Positions 8,899-16,872 of a DNA stretch of 32,352 nucleotides are shown here, in pieces (position 1 is the stretch's first letter; the number at the start of each line of letters is the position of its first letter). A program made the position numbers and the translations under genes. The stretch is from Thermodesulfobacteriota bacterium (lineage in GTDB: Bacteria > Desulfobacterota > Desulfobulbia > Desulfobulbales > SURF-16), in contig JBFMAY010000046.1 of NCBI GenBank assembly GCA_040755455.1, positions 1 through 32,352 of the forward strand, written 5' to 3'. The notes under the pieces are model-generated. The model was not told the DNA's origin, ran no database searches, and saw only the letters and a program-made list of their open reading frames with translations.

Positions 8899-9118
8899 CT
8901 GCTCAAAAACAGTTTCTATTGCTCTTGCGAAATTTCAATTTTACCCGTGGCCCTCAGCGTTACCGGTGGAGACTTTTCCCGCCGGGGCAATCATTCTTTT
9001 TTACAGAGGGGCGCAATACCCCGTTTATCGAGACATGCCTGTTCATGTCTTTTCCAGAATTTCCGCAGATTGCCGCAGAAATCCAGAGGTCTTTCGCAGT
9101 CAGTCTGGGTTTTGAATT

Positions 9119-9301
9119 TGATTCCAAGTTGCGTTCGGACCAAGACCGAGAGTACCGCTCAAGGGGTACAAGGGCAAGCGAGCAGCGACGAGACAGTGCA
9201 ATGCAATGGAGTGCGGCGAGGAGCCGCACAGTTTAGCCGATTCTGTCCAATCCCCCCTTTAAGGGGGACAAAGGTATTGGTTTGAAGGCGACTTGGAATG
9301 A
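9119..9301. mobile_element. MITE-like or structured-RNA element with ~22-bp terminal inverted repeats and a flanking TGA direct repeat
   Basis: ATTCCAAGTTGCGTTCGGACCA (9121-9142) pairs with TGGTTTGAAGGCGACTTGGAAT (9278-9299): 18 Watson-Crick pairs, 3 G.U, 1 G.G. TGA lies at 9119-9121 and 9299-9301. Three internal hairpins; no transposase. Confidence 0.6.
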
Positions 9302-9317
9302 GGAGTAGTGTTTATCC

Positions 9318-10490
9318 ATGAGACGTATCATCACTACTGAAAAGAAGCCGATCAAACTCTGGCTCGACGACATCGAGGCCGGTGCCTTCGAGCAGGCCAA
9401 AAACCTGGCAAATCTCCCTTTTATTTTTAAACATGTCGCTGTAATGCCCGATGCGCACCAGGGTTATGGCATGCCCATCGGCGGGGTTATGGCCTCTGAA
9501 GAGGTTGTCATTCCCAATGCTGTCGGCGTTGACATCGGCTGCGGCATGTGCGCGGTCAAGACCTCGCTGACCTCGCTTGCCACCGACCAGCTCAAAGCCG
9601 TGCTTTCCGGCATCAGAAAAACCGTTCCCCTTGGTTTTCAGCATCACAAGAAAAAACAGGACCCGTCGCTTATGCCGGCAACAGCGGGGCGTCCTCTCGC
9701 CGATTTCCCCATCATCGCCGAGGAGTATAATAACGCCTTGACACAGCTGGGCACCCTGGGGGGCGGTAATCATTTCATTGAAATCCAGAAGGGCAACGAT
9801 GGCCATATCTGGCTGATGATCCATTCCGGCAGCAGAAACCTGGGATTCAAGGTGGCGAATCATTATAACCGGCTGGCCATTGAACTTAACCGCAAGTGGG
9901 GATCACAGATTCCGGAGAAATGGCAGCTGGCTTTTCTACCCATTGATAATGCCACCGGCCAGAGGTATCTCCGGGAGATGGCTTATTGTGTCGAATTCGC
10001 TTACGCCAACCGGAAATTGATGATGCAGCGGGTAAAGGATGCGCTGGTGGCGGTCGTGCCCATTGTCACCTTTGACCCGATCATCAATATAGCCCATAAT
10101 TATGCCGCCCTGGAGATGCACTTTCACAGGAATGTCATGGTGCATCGCAAAGGGGCGACCAGCGCCAGGGAAGGTGAAATAGGCATCATCCCCGGTTCCC
10201 AGGGCAGTCCGAGTTATATTGTCAGGGGCCAGGGCAACACGGAAAGCTTCCAGTCATGCGCCCATGGAGCGGGACGGAAGATGGGACGTAAACAGGCCCA
10301 GCGGCAGCTGGATCTGGCCCGGGAGCAGAAGCGGCTCGAAGACCAGGGAATTATTCATTCCATCCGTCATGTACGGGACCTTGATGAAGCTGCCGGCGCC
10401 TATAAAAATATTGACGAGGTTATCGAAAATCAGATTGATCTGGTTGAAATTATTGTTGAGTTGCGGCCGTTGGCCGTCATCAAAGGCTGA
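9318..10490 (+). CDS. rtcB: RtcB RNA ligase (2',3'-cyclic phosphate/5'-OH ligase)
   Basis: MPDAHQGYGMPIGGV, VGVDIGCG, GTLGGGNHFIE, IHSGSR, AHNY, HRKGA, SCAHGAGR, DEAAGAYK and C-terminal LRPLAVIKG. The metal-binding and guanylylation residues are present. Confidence 0.96.
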   Translation: MRRIITTEKKPIKLWLDDIEAGAFEQAKNLANLPFIFKHVAVMPDAHQGYGMPIGGVMASEEVVIPNAVGVDIGCGMCAVKTSLTSLATDQLKAVLSGIRKTVPLGFQHHKKKQDPSLMPATAGRPLADFPIIAEEYNNALTQLGTLGGGNHFIEIQKGNDGHIWLMIHSGSRNLGFKVANHYNRLAIELNRKWGSQIPEKWQLAFLPIDNATGQRYLREMAYCVEFAYANRKLMMQRVKDALVAVVPIVTFDPIINIAHNYAALEMHFHRNVMVHRKGATSAREGEIGIIPGSQGSPSYIVRGQGNTESFQSCAHGAGRKMGRKQAQRQLDLAREQKRLEDQGIIHSIRHVRDLDEAAGAYKNIDEVIENQIDLVEIIVELRPLAVIKG

Positions 10491-10533
10491 AGTGAAGAAA
10501 AAGCAGATGAATAATTGCTAAGGAGGATCTGGC

Positions 10534-10896
10534 ATGACAACGCAACTTTCGTTTTCAAAGATTGAGAATGAACTGCTCCCTGAATACAGAAGGAAAATCG
10601 GCGCTGCAGAATCCACCGAAGATGTGAAAAAATTTTATGTCTATACCATGCAGGATCTCTTTCGTCAGGTCTTTGCCGGGAAAATTGATCTAGGCTATGG
10701 CGACATCGCCCTGCTGCCTGATCAGCAACCCTCGTTTGCCATCAGCAAAGGATTAAATGATAAAGAAGATTTTTCGTATATCTGGAACACCTCGGACCTG
10801 CCCAATGTTGTCTCGCGTTTTACGGAAACAGCGGTGAAGCATTACAGGCATCTGGAAAAGAATCCCAAGAAGACCGAGGCAAAAATCAGGATGTAG
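10534..10896 (+). CDS. Hypothetical protein (120 aa) downstream of rtcB
   Basis: Strong RBS AGGAGG before the ATG, protein-like composition, co-oriented with rtcB across a 43-bp gap. Confidence 0.8.
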   Translation: MTTQLSFSKIENELLPEYRRKIGAAESTEDVKKFYVYTMQDLFRQVFAGKIDLGYGDIALLPDQQPSFAISKGLNDKEDFSYIWNTSDLPNVVSRFTETAVKHYRHLEKNPKKTEAKIRM

Positions 10897-10900
10897 CGCA

Positions 10901-11185
10901 TTGGCGACAATTCGACAGGAAATCATTGCACTTTTGAGCACGGACGAGGTCAATGCCCTGGAAATTTCCCAACTGCTGTCGATTCGTGAAAAGGAGGTGT
11001 ATGAGCATCTTGATCATATAAGCCGGACATTGTCGTCACAGGGGAAGAGGCTGCTGGTCAGGCCGTATGCCTGCATGAAATGCGGCTTTTCATTTAAAGA
11101 CCGGCATCGTTTCACCCGCCCCGGACGTTGTCCGCGCTGCAAAGGAGGCCATATCAGAATGGCCTCCTATCATATTGAGGACTAG
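10901..11185 (+). CDS. Small winged-HTH + Zn-ribbon predicted transcriptional regulator (COG3357-like)
   Basis: N-terminal HTH-like segment (TIRQEIIALL..ALEISQLLSIREKEVYEHLDHI), then CMKC..CPRC. TTG start 4 bp after the preceding stop. Confidence 0.8.
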   Translation: MATIRQEIIALLSTDEVNALEISQLLSIREKEVYEHLDHISRTLSSQGKRLLVRPYACMKCGFSFKDRHRFTRPGRCPRCKGGHIRMASYHIED

Positions 11186-11220
11186 CTGACCCGCTCTTCT
11201 ATCTTGTCGAAATGAAAGCC

Positions 11221-11251
11221 ATATCGGGTCGATGTCGGGTCATGTCTAGTC
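11221..11251. repeat. Three tandem 10-11-bp direct repeats (ATATCGGGTC / ATGTCGGGTC / ATGTCTAGTC)
   Basis: Read directly at 11221-11230, 11232-11241 and 11242-11251; another ATGTC lies at 11264. Confidence 0.5.
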
Positions 11252-11360
11252 CGGTTTGTCCCGATGTCCTCTATTTTTTCATCATTTTTCGTTTTATTGT
11301 AGCATCAAGATGAATGAAAAATTCTGAAAAAAAATCAGGAGGCCATAAAAGGAAATCATC

Positions 11361-11807
11361 ATGAAAAAAATCATCGTTTTCGCTTCGCTTGTTTTTCTCT
11401 GCGCAACATCAAATGCTGAAGCAGATAATACCGCTGTCGGAGCCGTGGCAGGTGCGGCGGGCGGCGCTGTTGTCGGTCAGGCTATCGGCCACAATACGGA
11501 GGGCACGCTGATAGGTGCTGTCGTCGGCGGAGTGGTCGGTTCCATTGTTGGCAGCGGGATGGACGGTGGCTATGCAAGGCCGGCCTATTATGGCGGCGGC
11601 TATGCGGTGGCCCCGCCGCCGGTAGCTGTATATCGGGAGGTATACATGCCACCGCCTCCACCCGTGAGTGTGGTCGTTCCTTATTACCGTCCTTATTACC
11701 GCCCCGCTAATGTTGTCGTCGTGTCAGGATCCAGCCATCATCACGGACCGTCGAGATGGAGCGGAGGGCATAATGGCCATAGAGATCATCATGGTCATTG
11801 GCGCTAA
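11361..11807 (+). CDS. Exported glycine-zipper 2TM protein with Pro/Tyr- and His-rich tail
   Basis: Signal peptide MKKIIVFASLVFLC..AEA, GxxxG zipper (GAVAGAAGGAVVG..GAVVGGVVG), low-complexity PPPP/YYRP and HHHG tail. Confidence 0.8.
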   Translation: MKKIIVFASLVFLCATSNAEADNTAVGAVAGAAGGAVVGQAIGHNTEGTLIGAVVGGVVGSIVGSGMDGGYARPAYYGGGYAVAPPPVAVYREVYMPPPPPVSVVVPYYRPYYRPANVVVVSGSSHHHGPSRWSGGHNGHRDHHGHWR

Positions 11808-11845
11808 GCGCATCAACTTCTCCGGTCTTGGTTGAGAGTGGCCTG

Positions 11846-12901
11846 TCAGGCGGATGATTTGGCAGCGAGCTGGCCGCAGGCAGCGGAGATATCCGCGCCG
11901 CGGCTGGATCTGACCAGAACCGTATAACCCTTTCTTTTCAGGATGTTCTGAAAAGAGTCGATTCTTTGCTGACTCGGTTTGGTAAAGGGAAGCTCAGGCG
12001 CCTCATTGCAGGGCAGCAGGTTTATCTTGGCCTGGATGCCGTGCAGCAGTCTTGCAAGTTGCATGGCATCCTGATCCGAATCATTGATGCCTTTGAGGAG
12101 AATATATTCAAACATAATCCTCTTTCTTCTGGGCAAGGAAAATTCCCGGCAGGACTCGAGAAGGACTTCCAGAGGATAACGCAGGTTGATCGGCATCAGC
12201 CGGTTGCGTGTCTCATTATCAGCCGCATGCAGGGAGACGGCCAGATTAACCTTGTGCCTCTGCCCCAGTTCGATGATTTTCGGAGCAAGACCGCAGGTGG
12301 ACACGGTGATTCTGCGATCGGAAAAATCAAGTCCCAACTCATCCATCAAAATGGTGAGAGCCTTGATGAGATTGTCAAAATTGGCTAAAGGCTCTCCCAT
12401 ACCCATAAATACCAGGTTGTTGACCATCCCCAGTCCACTCTCCTGCAGATCGTCGCGCACCGCGCAAACCTGATTAACCATCTCCGCACAGCTCAAATTT
12501 CTGGAAAATCCCATGGTGCCGGTAAGGCAGAAGGAACATGCCATGGCACATCCCACCTGTGAAGAAAGACACAGGGTATTTCTGTCATCTTCCGGAATCA
12601 GCACGGATTCGATCATTTTGCCATCCTGCAGGCGAAAGCCGTACTTGATGGTGCCGTCGCCTGATAACTCTTTAACCGCGGGTCTCAGGCGGCTGAAGGA
12701 TGCCTCTTTTTCCAGTAACTTCCGTAGGTCTTTCGGCAGATCGGTCATCTCGGCAAAAAAGGAAATGCCGGGGCGATACAGCCAGGAAAATAACTGTTTG
12801 CCGCGAAAGGCGGGCAGGCCGTGATCAACGGCAAAGGCCATCAAATCATCTCGGGTGAGATTTTTGAGATCAATTTTTTGCTGAAAATGGGCGTCGGACA
12901 C
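11846..12901 (-). CDS. rlmN: 23S rRNA m2A2503 / tRNA m2A37 radical SAM methyltransferase RlmN
   Basis: CLSSQVGCAMACSFC, VFMGMGEP, TVSTCG, LAVSLHA and DISAACGQL motifs. Confidence 0.96.
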   Translation of the reverse strand: MSDAHFQQKIDLKNLTRDDLMAFAVDHGLPAFRGKQLFSWLYRPGISFFAEMTDLPKDLRKLLEKEASFSRLRPAVKELSGDGTIKYGFRLQDGKMIESVLIPEDDRNTLCLSSQVGCAMACSFCLTGTMGFSRNLSCAEMVNQVCAVRDDLQESGLGMVNNLVFMGMGEPLANFDNLIKALTILMDELGLDFSDRRITVSTCGLAPKIIELGQRHKVNLAVSLHAADNETRNRLMPINLRYPLEVLLESCREFSLPRRKRIMFEYILLKGINDSDQDAMQLARLLHGIQAKINLLPCNEAPELPFTKPSQQRIDSFQNILKRKGYTVLVRSSRGADISAACGQLAAKSSA

Positions 12902-12936
12902 AATGTTAAAAAAGAGGAAAGGTTGACTGTTGTCAG

Positions 12937-13359
12937 CTATTGGTTGATAAAGGATACTTCCTGGAATCGGCCTTGCCAGATCAGGAATTTCCTGAAACAG
13001 TCATGGATTGCCGTTTCCAGTTCTTCAATATTCAGCGGCTTGTAGAAGATATTGGCTGCACCGAGAATATGGGAATTGTAGACAACATCCTTTGACTTAT
13101 GGGCGGTGATAACTATAAAATCGGTGCCGGGATGAGCGATTTTCATTTTTTCCAGAAGTTCGAAGCCGTTTAAACCCGGCATGGTTACGTCCGTGAGCAC
13201 TAGACTGTACGGTCGGGCGGTAAAGGCATCCAGGGCGTGAAGGGCATTACTGTAAGGGTGATAGAGGTGGCCGGTTAGAGCTGCAAGGGTGTTGGCGATC
13301 CCTTCTGCAATCGCAGGTTCATCATCAACCACCATGATCCGGTACTGATCGGGAATCAT
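12937..13359 (-). CDS. Stand-alone response regulator receiver protein
   Basis: VVDDE, LTDVTMPGLNG (phosphoacceptor Asp), VITAH and YKP; no output domain. Confidence 0.88.
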   Translation of the reverse strand: MIPDQYRIMVVDDEPAIAEGIANTLAALTGHLYHPYSNALHALDAFTARPYSLVLTDVTMPGLNGFELLEKMKIAHPGTDFIVITAHKSKDVVYNSHILGAANIFYKPLNIEELETAIHDCFRKFLIWQGRFQEVSFINQ

Positions 13360-13615
13360 AAAAATTTCAGGCTGGCTCTGGCTAAATTAAACTAAAATGT
13401 AAAATTAATGTGAATTTAATATGATAAGTTATTGATTGGAAGGTATCTTATAACAATAATAAGATTGATGATATTGAACATGTGGGATGATTACAAGTTA
13501 AATTAACATTAATTTTATAAGAAAAAAGTTGCTAACCTAATGACATGGTTAAAATTTTATATTGTTATTAAATGGTTAAGTGTAATTATTTCAATAAGTT
13601 GGTTGGGGTAGTCGC

Positions 13616-14809
13616 GTGATTCGTGGGTCCTCTAAGGAAAAAATACTTATTGTTGACGATTTTCCTGCAAGTGTCAGAATTTTAGCCAATAAACTGGCGG
13701 AAGATTATCGGGTGCTCACTGCTACCAGCGGCTCCGAGGCGCTTGATATCATCCAGAGGGAGCTGCCGGATCTCATTTTGCTCGATATCATGATGCCAGT
13801 CATGGACGGTTATGAGCTGTGCAGGCTACTGAAACTGGATGATAAATTTCATCATATTCCTGTCATCTTTGTCACCGCCAGGGGTGAAGAGGAAGATGAG
13901 GAAAAAGGTCTTGCCCTGGGCGCGGTCGACTATCTGGTCAAGCCGGTCAGTGTCGCCATTGTCAAAGCCCGCGTGCGCACGCATTTGGAATTAAAACGGC
14001 ACCGTGAGCACCTTGAGAAAATGGTGGAGGAGCGCACCCGCGACTTGAACAAGGCCTTAAAGCTGCTGCAGGCCAAAAAGGAAAGCGAGTTCCGCCAGAC
14101 GGCGGAGGTGCACAGCGGCAGACTTGCCGCCCTCGGGGAGATGGCCACCTCAATGGCCCACGAAATAAACCAACCGTTGAATGTCATCTCCATTACCGTC
14201 CAGGGCTGGTCGCTTCTCAACAGGCGTGGAGTATTGACAAAGCAAAAGATGTTAAATGACGTGCAGATTCTTCTTGATAATATCAGTCGCATCTCGCGTC
14301 TCATTGATCATGTGCGGACACTGGGGCATCCGTGCCAGGATATCTGCAATTTTCATCTGCAGGACGTCCTGCAGGACGCGCTGTCTCTTTGCCGCATGCA
14401 GTTTGTCAACCATGGCATCACCATCAATCTTGATATTGACGAAAATGTTCCGCAGGTAAAAGCCATCCAGGCGGAGTTTGAACAGGTCCTGCTCAATCTC
14501 TTGTCAAATTCCAGATATGCTCTGGCTGAAAAAAGGGGGACGGATGCCAGTTTCGAACCCACTGTCAACATTGCCGTTTTCTGTAAAGATACGCAGGTAT
14601 GTCTCGCCATTGAAGACAACGGCGGAGGAATTGAGCCGATGGCCGAGAGAAATATTTTCGAACCTTTTTTTACCACCAAGCCGGCAGGGCAAGGCACAGG
14701 GCTGGGGCTGAGTATCTCAAGGCAACTGATGCGCAAATTTGACGGCGACTTGATCCTGATCAACTCTCCGGGCAAGGGGGCCCGCTTTGAGATCCAGTTG
14801 CCCAGGTGA
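13616..14809 (+). CDS. Cytoplasmic hybrid histidine kinase (REC-HisKA-HATPase)
   Basis: Receiver IVDD..LLDIMMP..KP, H-box AHEINQPL, N-box NLLSNS, G1 DNGGG, F-box FEPFFTTK, G2 GTGLGL; no transmembrane segment. Confidence 0.92.
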   Translation: MIRGSSKEKILIVDDFPASVRILANKLAEDYRVLTATSGSEALDIIQRELPDLILLDIMMPVMDGYELCRLLKLDDKFHHIPVIFVTARGEEEDEEKGLALGAVDYLVKPVSVAIVKARVRTHLELKRHREHLEKMVEERTRDLNKALKLLQAKKESEFRQTAEVHSGRLAALGEMATSMAHEINQPLNVISITVQGWSLLNRRGVLTKQKMLNDVQILLDNISRISRLIDHVRTLGHPCQDICNFHLQDVLQDALSLCRMQFVNHGITINLDIDENVPQVKAIQAEFEQVLLNLLSNSRYALAEKRGTDASFEPTVNIAVFCKDTQVCLAIEDNGGGIEPMAERNIFEPFFTTKPAGQGTGLGLSISRQLMRKFDGDLILINSPGKGARFEIQLPR

Positions 14810-14836
14810 TAACCGAATCAGGGACTGAGGTAGAGG

Positions 14837-15706
14837 TTACAGGGCACGCAGATATTCGGGCGTCAATCTCTTTTCACCGGCAAGGGCCTGGTCGATGGCG
14901 GCGAGCACCATTGCCTTATCCCTGCTGAGCCGGCAATTGATGGGAAGATAATTGGAGGCATGATTGGCCTGGAACTGCGCCCGGCTGACGGTGATATTTT
15001 CCACCATCAGTCGCAGTTCATGTAGCATTTCCTGCTGGTTTGGAAGTGAAAATTTATTCGATATTTCAAGACGATAAAGATCAGTATTCGGAAGAAGTAT
15101 GAGGGTCAGGACGGCGATCTGGTTGGCGGCCATGGTCGACACCACCCGGCCGGTTTCCACCGCATGCTCTCTGGACCAGGTTGTCCCGCCGATGCCGAGC
15201 AAAACGGTCAAGGAAAGAAACAGGCCTGCTTCCTTGACCCGCTGGCCAGCCCTGATCATTTTTGCCGCGTCCGCGCCTTTGCGGATGTTTTGCAAAATCC
15301 TGTCCGAGCCGCTTTCAAGCCCCATGTAAACCCGGTCAAGCCCGAGATTTTTTAGCTCTTGCAGCTCTCCGGTCGATTTGCCCAAAACAGATTTGGCGTT
15401 GCCGTAAAGACTGATCCGGTTCACCCAGGGAATCTTTCGCCGAATGCGGGTAAGCAAATCGACAAGACGACGCTGCGGGATGATCAGGGCGTCCCCATCG
15501 GCCAGGAAAACTCTCTTCTGTCGTTTGCAGTAAGTAGCGGCAAAATCAATATCCTGATCGACCACCTCGTCCTGTTTCAGGCGGAAACGCACATCCTTAT
15601 AGGTGCCGCAGAAGGTGCACTTGTTGTGGGAACAGCCCACCGTAACCTGCAGGATGATGGAGTCGGCCTCACTGGGAGGCCGGATGATCATACCTTCGTA
15701 TTGCAC
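14837..15706 (-). CDS. Radical SAM protein of unknown function
   Basis: RPPSEA, CSHNKCTFC (CxxxCxxC), FLADGDAL, GLESG and ANHASNY; GTG start 5 bp after serC. Confidence 0.88.
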   Translation of the reverse strand: MQYEGMIIRPPSEADSIILQVTVGCSHNKCTFCGTYKDVRFRLKQDEVVDQDIDFAATYCKRQKRVFLADGDALIIPQRRLVDLLTRIRRKIPWVNRISLYGNAKSVLGKSTGELQELKNLGLDRVYMGLESGSDRILQNIRKGADAAKMIRAGQRVKEAGLFLSLTVLLGIGGTTWSREHAVETGRVVSTMAANQIAVLTLILLPNTDLYRLEISNKFSLPNQQEMLHELRLMVENITVSRAQFQANHASNYLPINCRLSRDKAMVLAAIDQALAGEKRLTPEYLRAL

Positions 15707-15711
15707 TTTGC

Positions 15712-16791
15712 TCAGGCGGTCTTGGTAAATTCTTTCATGAATTCGACCAGCTCAATGACCCCCTGTTTCGGAAAGGCATTATAGATGGAGGCCCGGATGC
15801 CGCCGATGGAACGATGCCCCTTCAAGCCGTCCAGACCGCGCTTGGTCCCTTCCTGGACGAATTTCGCCTCCAATTCGGGGGTTGGCAGGTTGAAGGTGAC
15901 GTTCATCAGCGAACGGGAGTCCTTTCTGGCATGGCCCCGGTAAAAATCCATGCTGTCAATGGCATCATAGAGAATGGCCGCCTTTTCCCGGTTGATCTTT
16001 TCAATTGTCGGCACCCCGCCGATTTTCTTCAACCATTTACAGACCAGACCGATGGTGTACACGGCAAAGCAGGGCGGAGTGTTGAACATCGACCCCTTTT
16101 CGGCATGGGTCTTGTACCGGAACATGGTAGGCACCGTCTCCGGGACCCGGTCAAGCAGGTCTTCCCGGACAATGACCAGGGTGGCGCCGGCTGGTCCGAT
16201 GTTCTTTTGGGCCCCGGCAAAAACCAGACCGAAGGGCGTGATGTCAAACGGGCGGGACATGATGTCGGAACTCATATCGCAGATCAGCATTTTCTCCGAC
16301 TTCGGCATGGTATGAAACTGGGTGCCGTAGATGGTATTATTGGACACAAAGTAGAGATACTCGGCATCAGGATCAACCGTATAGTCGCCGTCACAGGGGA
16401 CATGATCATATTTCGAGCCCTCGCTTGAATAGGCCACATGGGCGCTGGCGATAATATTCGCCTCTTTGATCGCCTTTTTGGCCCACACCCCAGTATTGAG
16501 GTACGAGCCTTTTTTGTCTGGTCCCAGCAGATTCATGGGCACCATGGCAAACTGGGTTGAGGCGCCGCCCTGGAGGAAAAGCACCTTGTAGTTCTGCGGC
16601 ACATTCAACAGCTCCCTGATCAGGTTTTCCGCCTCTTCGATAATGGCCATGAAATCCTTGCTGCGATGACTCATTTCAATGAGACCGATTCCTTTATTGC
16701 CGAAGTTGACAATATCCTTGGCTGCCTGTTGCAGAACCTCAACGGGCAGGGTGGCTGGACCGGGGCTGAAATTATAAATTCTTTCTGGCAT
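15712..16791 (-). CDS. serC: Phosphoserine aminotransferase
   Basis: NFSPGPATLP, EMSHRS, LQGGAS, DMSS, AGAQKNIGPAG (PLP Lys), NTPP and GHRSIGGIRASIYNA. Confidence 0.97.
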   Translation of the reverse strand: MPERIYNFSPGPATLPVEVLQQAAKDIVNFGNKGIGLIEMSHRSKDFMAIIEEAENLIRELLNVPQNYKVLFLQGGASTQFAMVPMNLLGPDKKGSYLNTGVWAKKAIKEANIIASAHVAYSSEGSKYDHVPCDGDYTVDPDAEYLYFVSNNTIYGTQFHTMPKSEKMLICDMSSDIMSRPFDITPFGLVFAGAQKNIGPAGATLVIVREDLLDRVPETVPTMFRYKTHAEKGSMFNTPPCFAVYTIGLVCKWLKKIGGVPTIEKINREKAAILYDAIDSMDFYRGHARKDSRSLMNVTFNLPTPELEAKFVQEGTKRGLDGLKGHRSIGGIRASIYNAFPKQGVIELVEFMKEFTKTA

Positions 16792-16872
16792 GATGCACTC
16801 TCCTTAACCGGTTTGTCCGGTGACTCATAAGTAGTATGTTGAGGGAAAAAGATAATAAAATATGTAATGAAA

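Noticed and set aside
8791..9285. 164-aa and other ORFs in the rtcB upstream region
   Set aside because: No RBS or motifs, and they cross a promoter-like AT-rich stretch and the inverted-repeat element.
9121..9299. 6S RNA, tRNA-like/Y RNA or hammerhead ribozyme identity for the element
   Set aside because: The fold is multibranched rather than a rod with a central bubble. I found no T-loop/D-loop tRNA signature and no CUGAnGA/GAAA hammerhead core. Other ribozyme classes cannot be excluded by eye.
11560..11807. Short repeats (CCTTATTACCG twice, GGC runs) as a CRISPR or DNA repeat
   Set aside because: They are explained by low-complexity coding sequence (PYYRPYYRP, Gly/Pro runs); there is no repeat-spacer periodicity.
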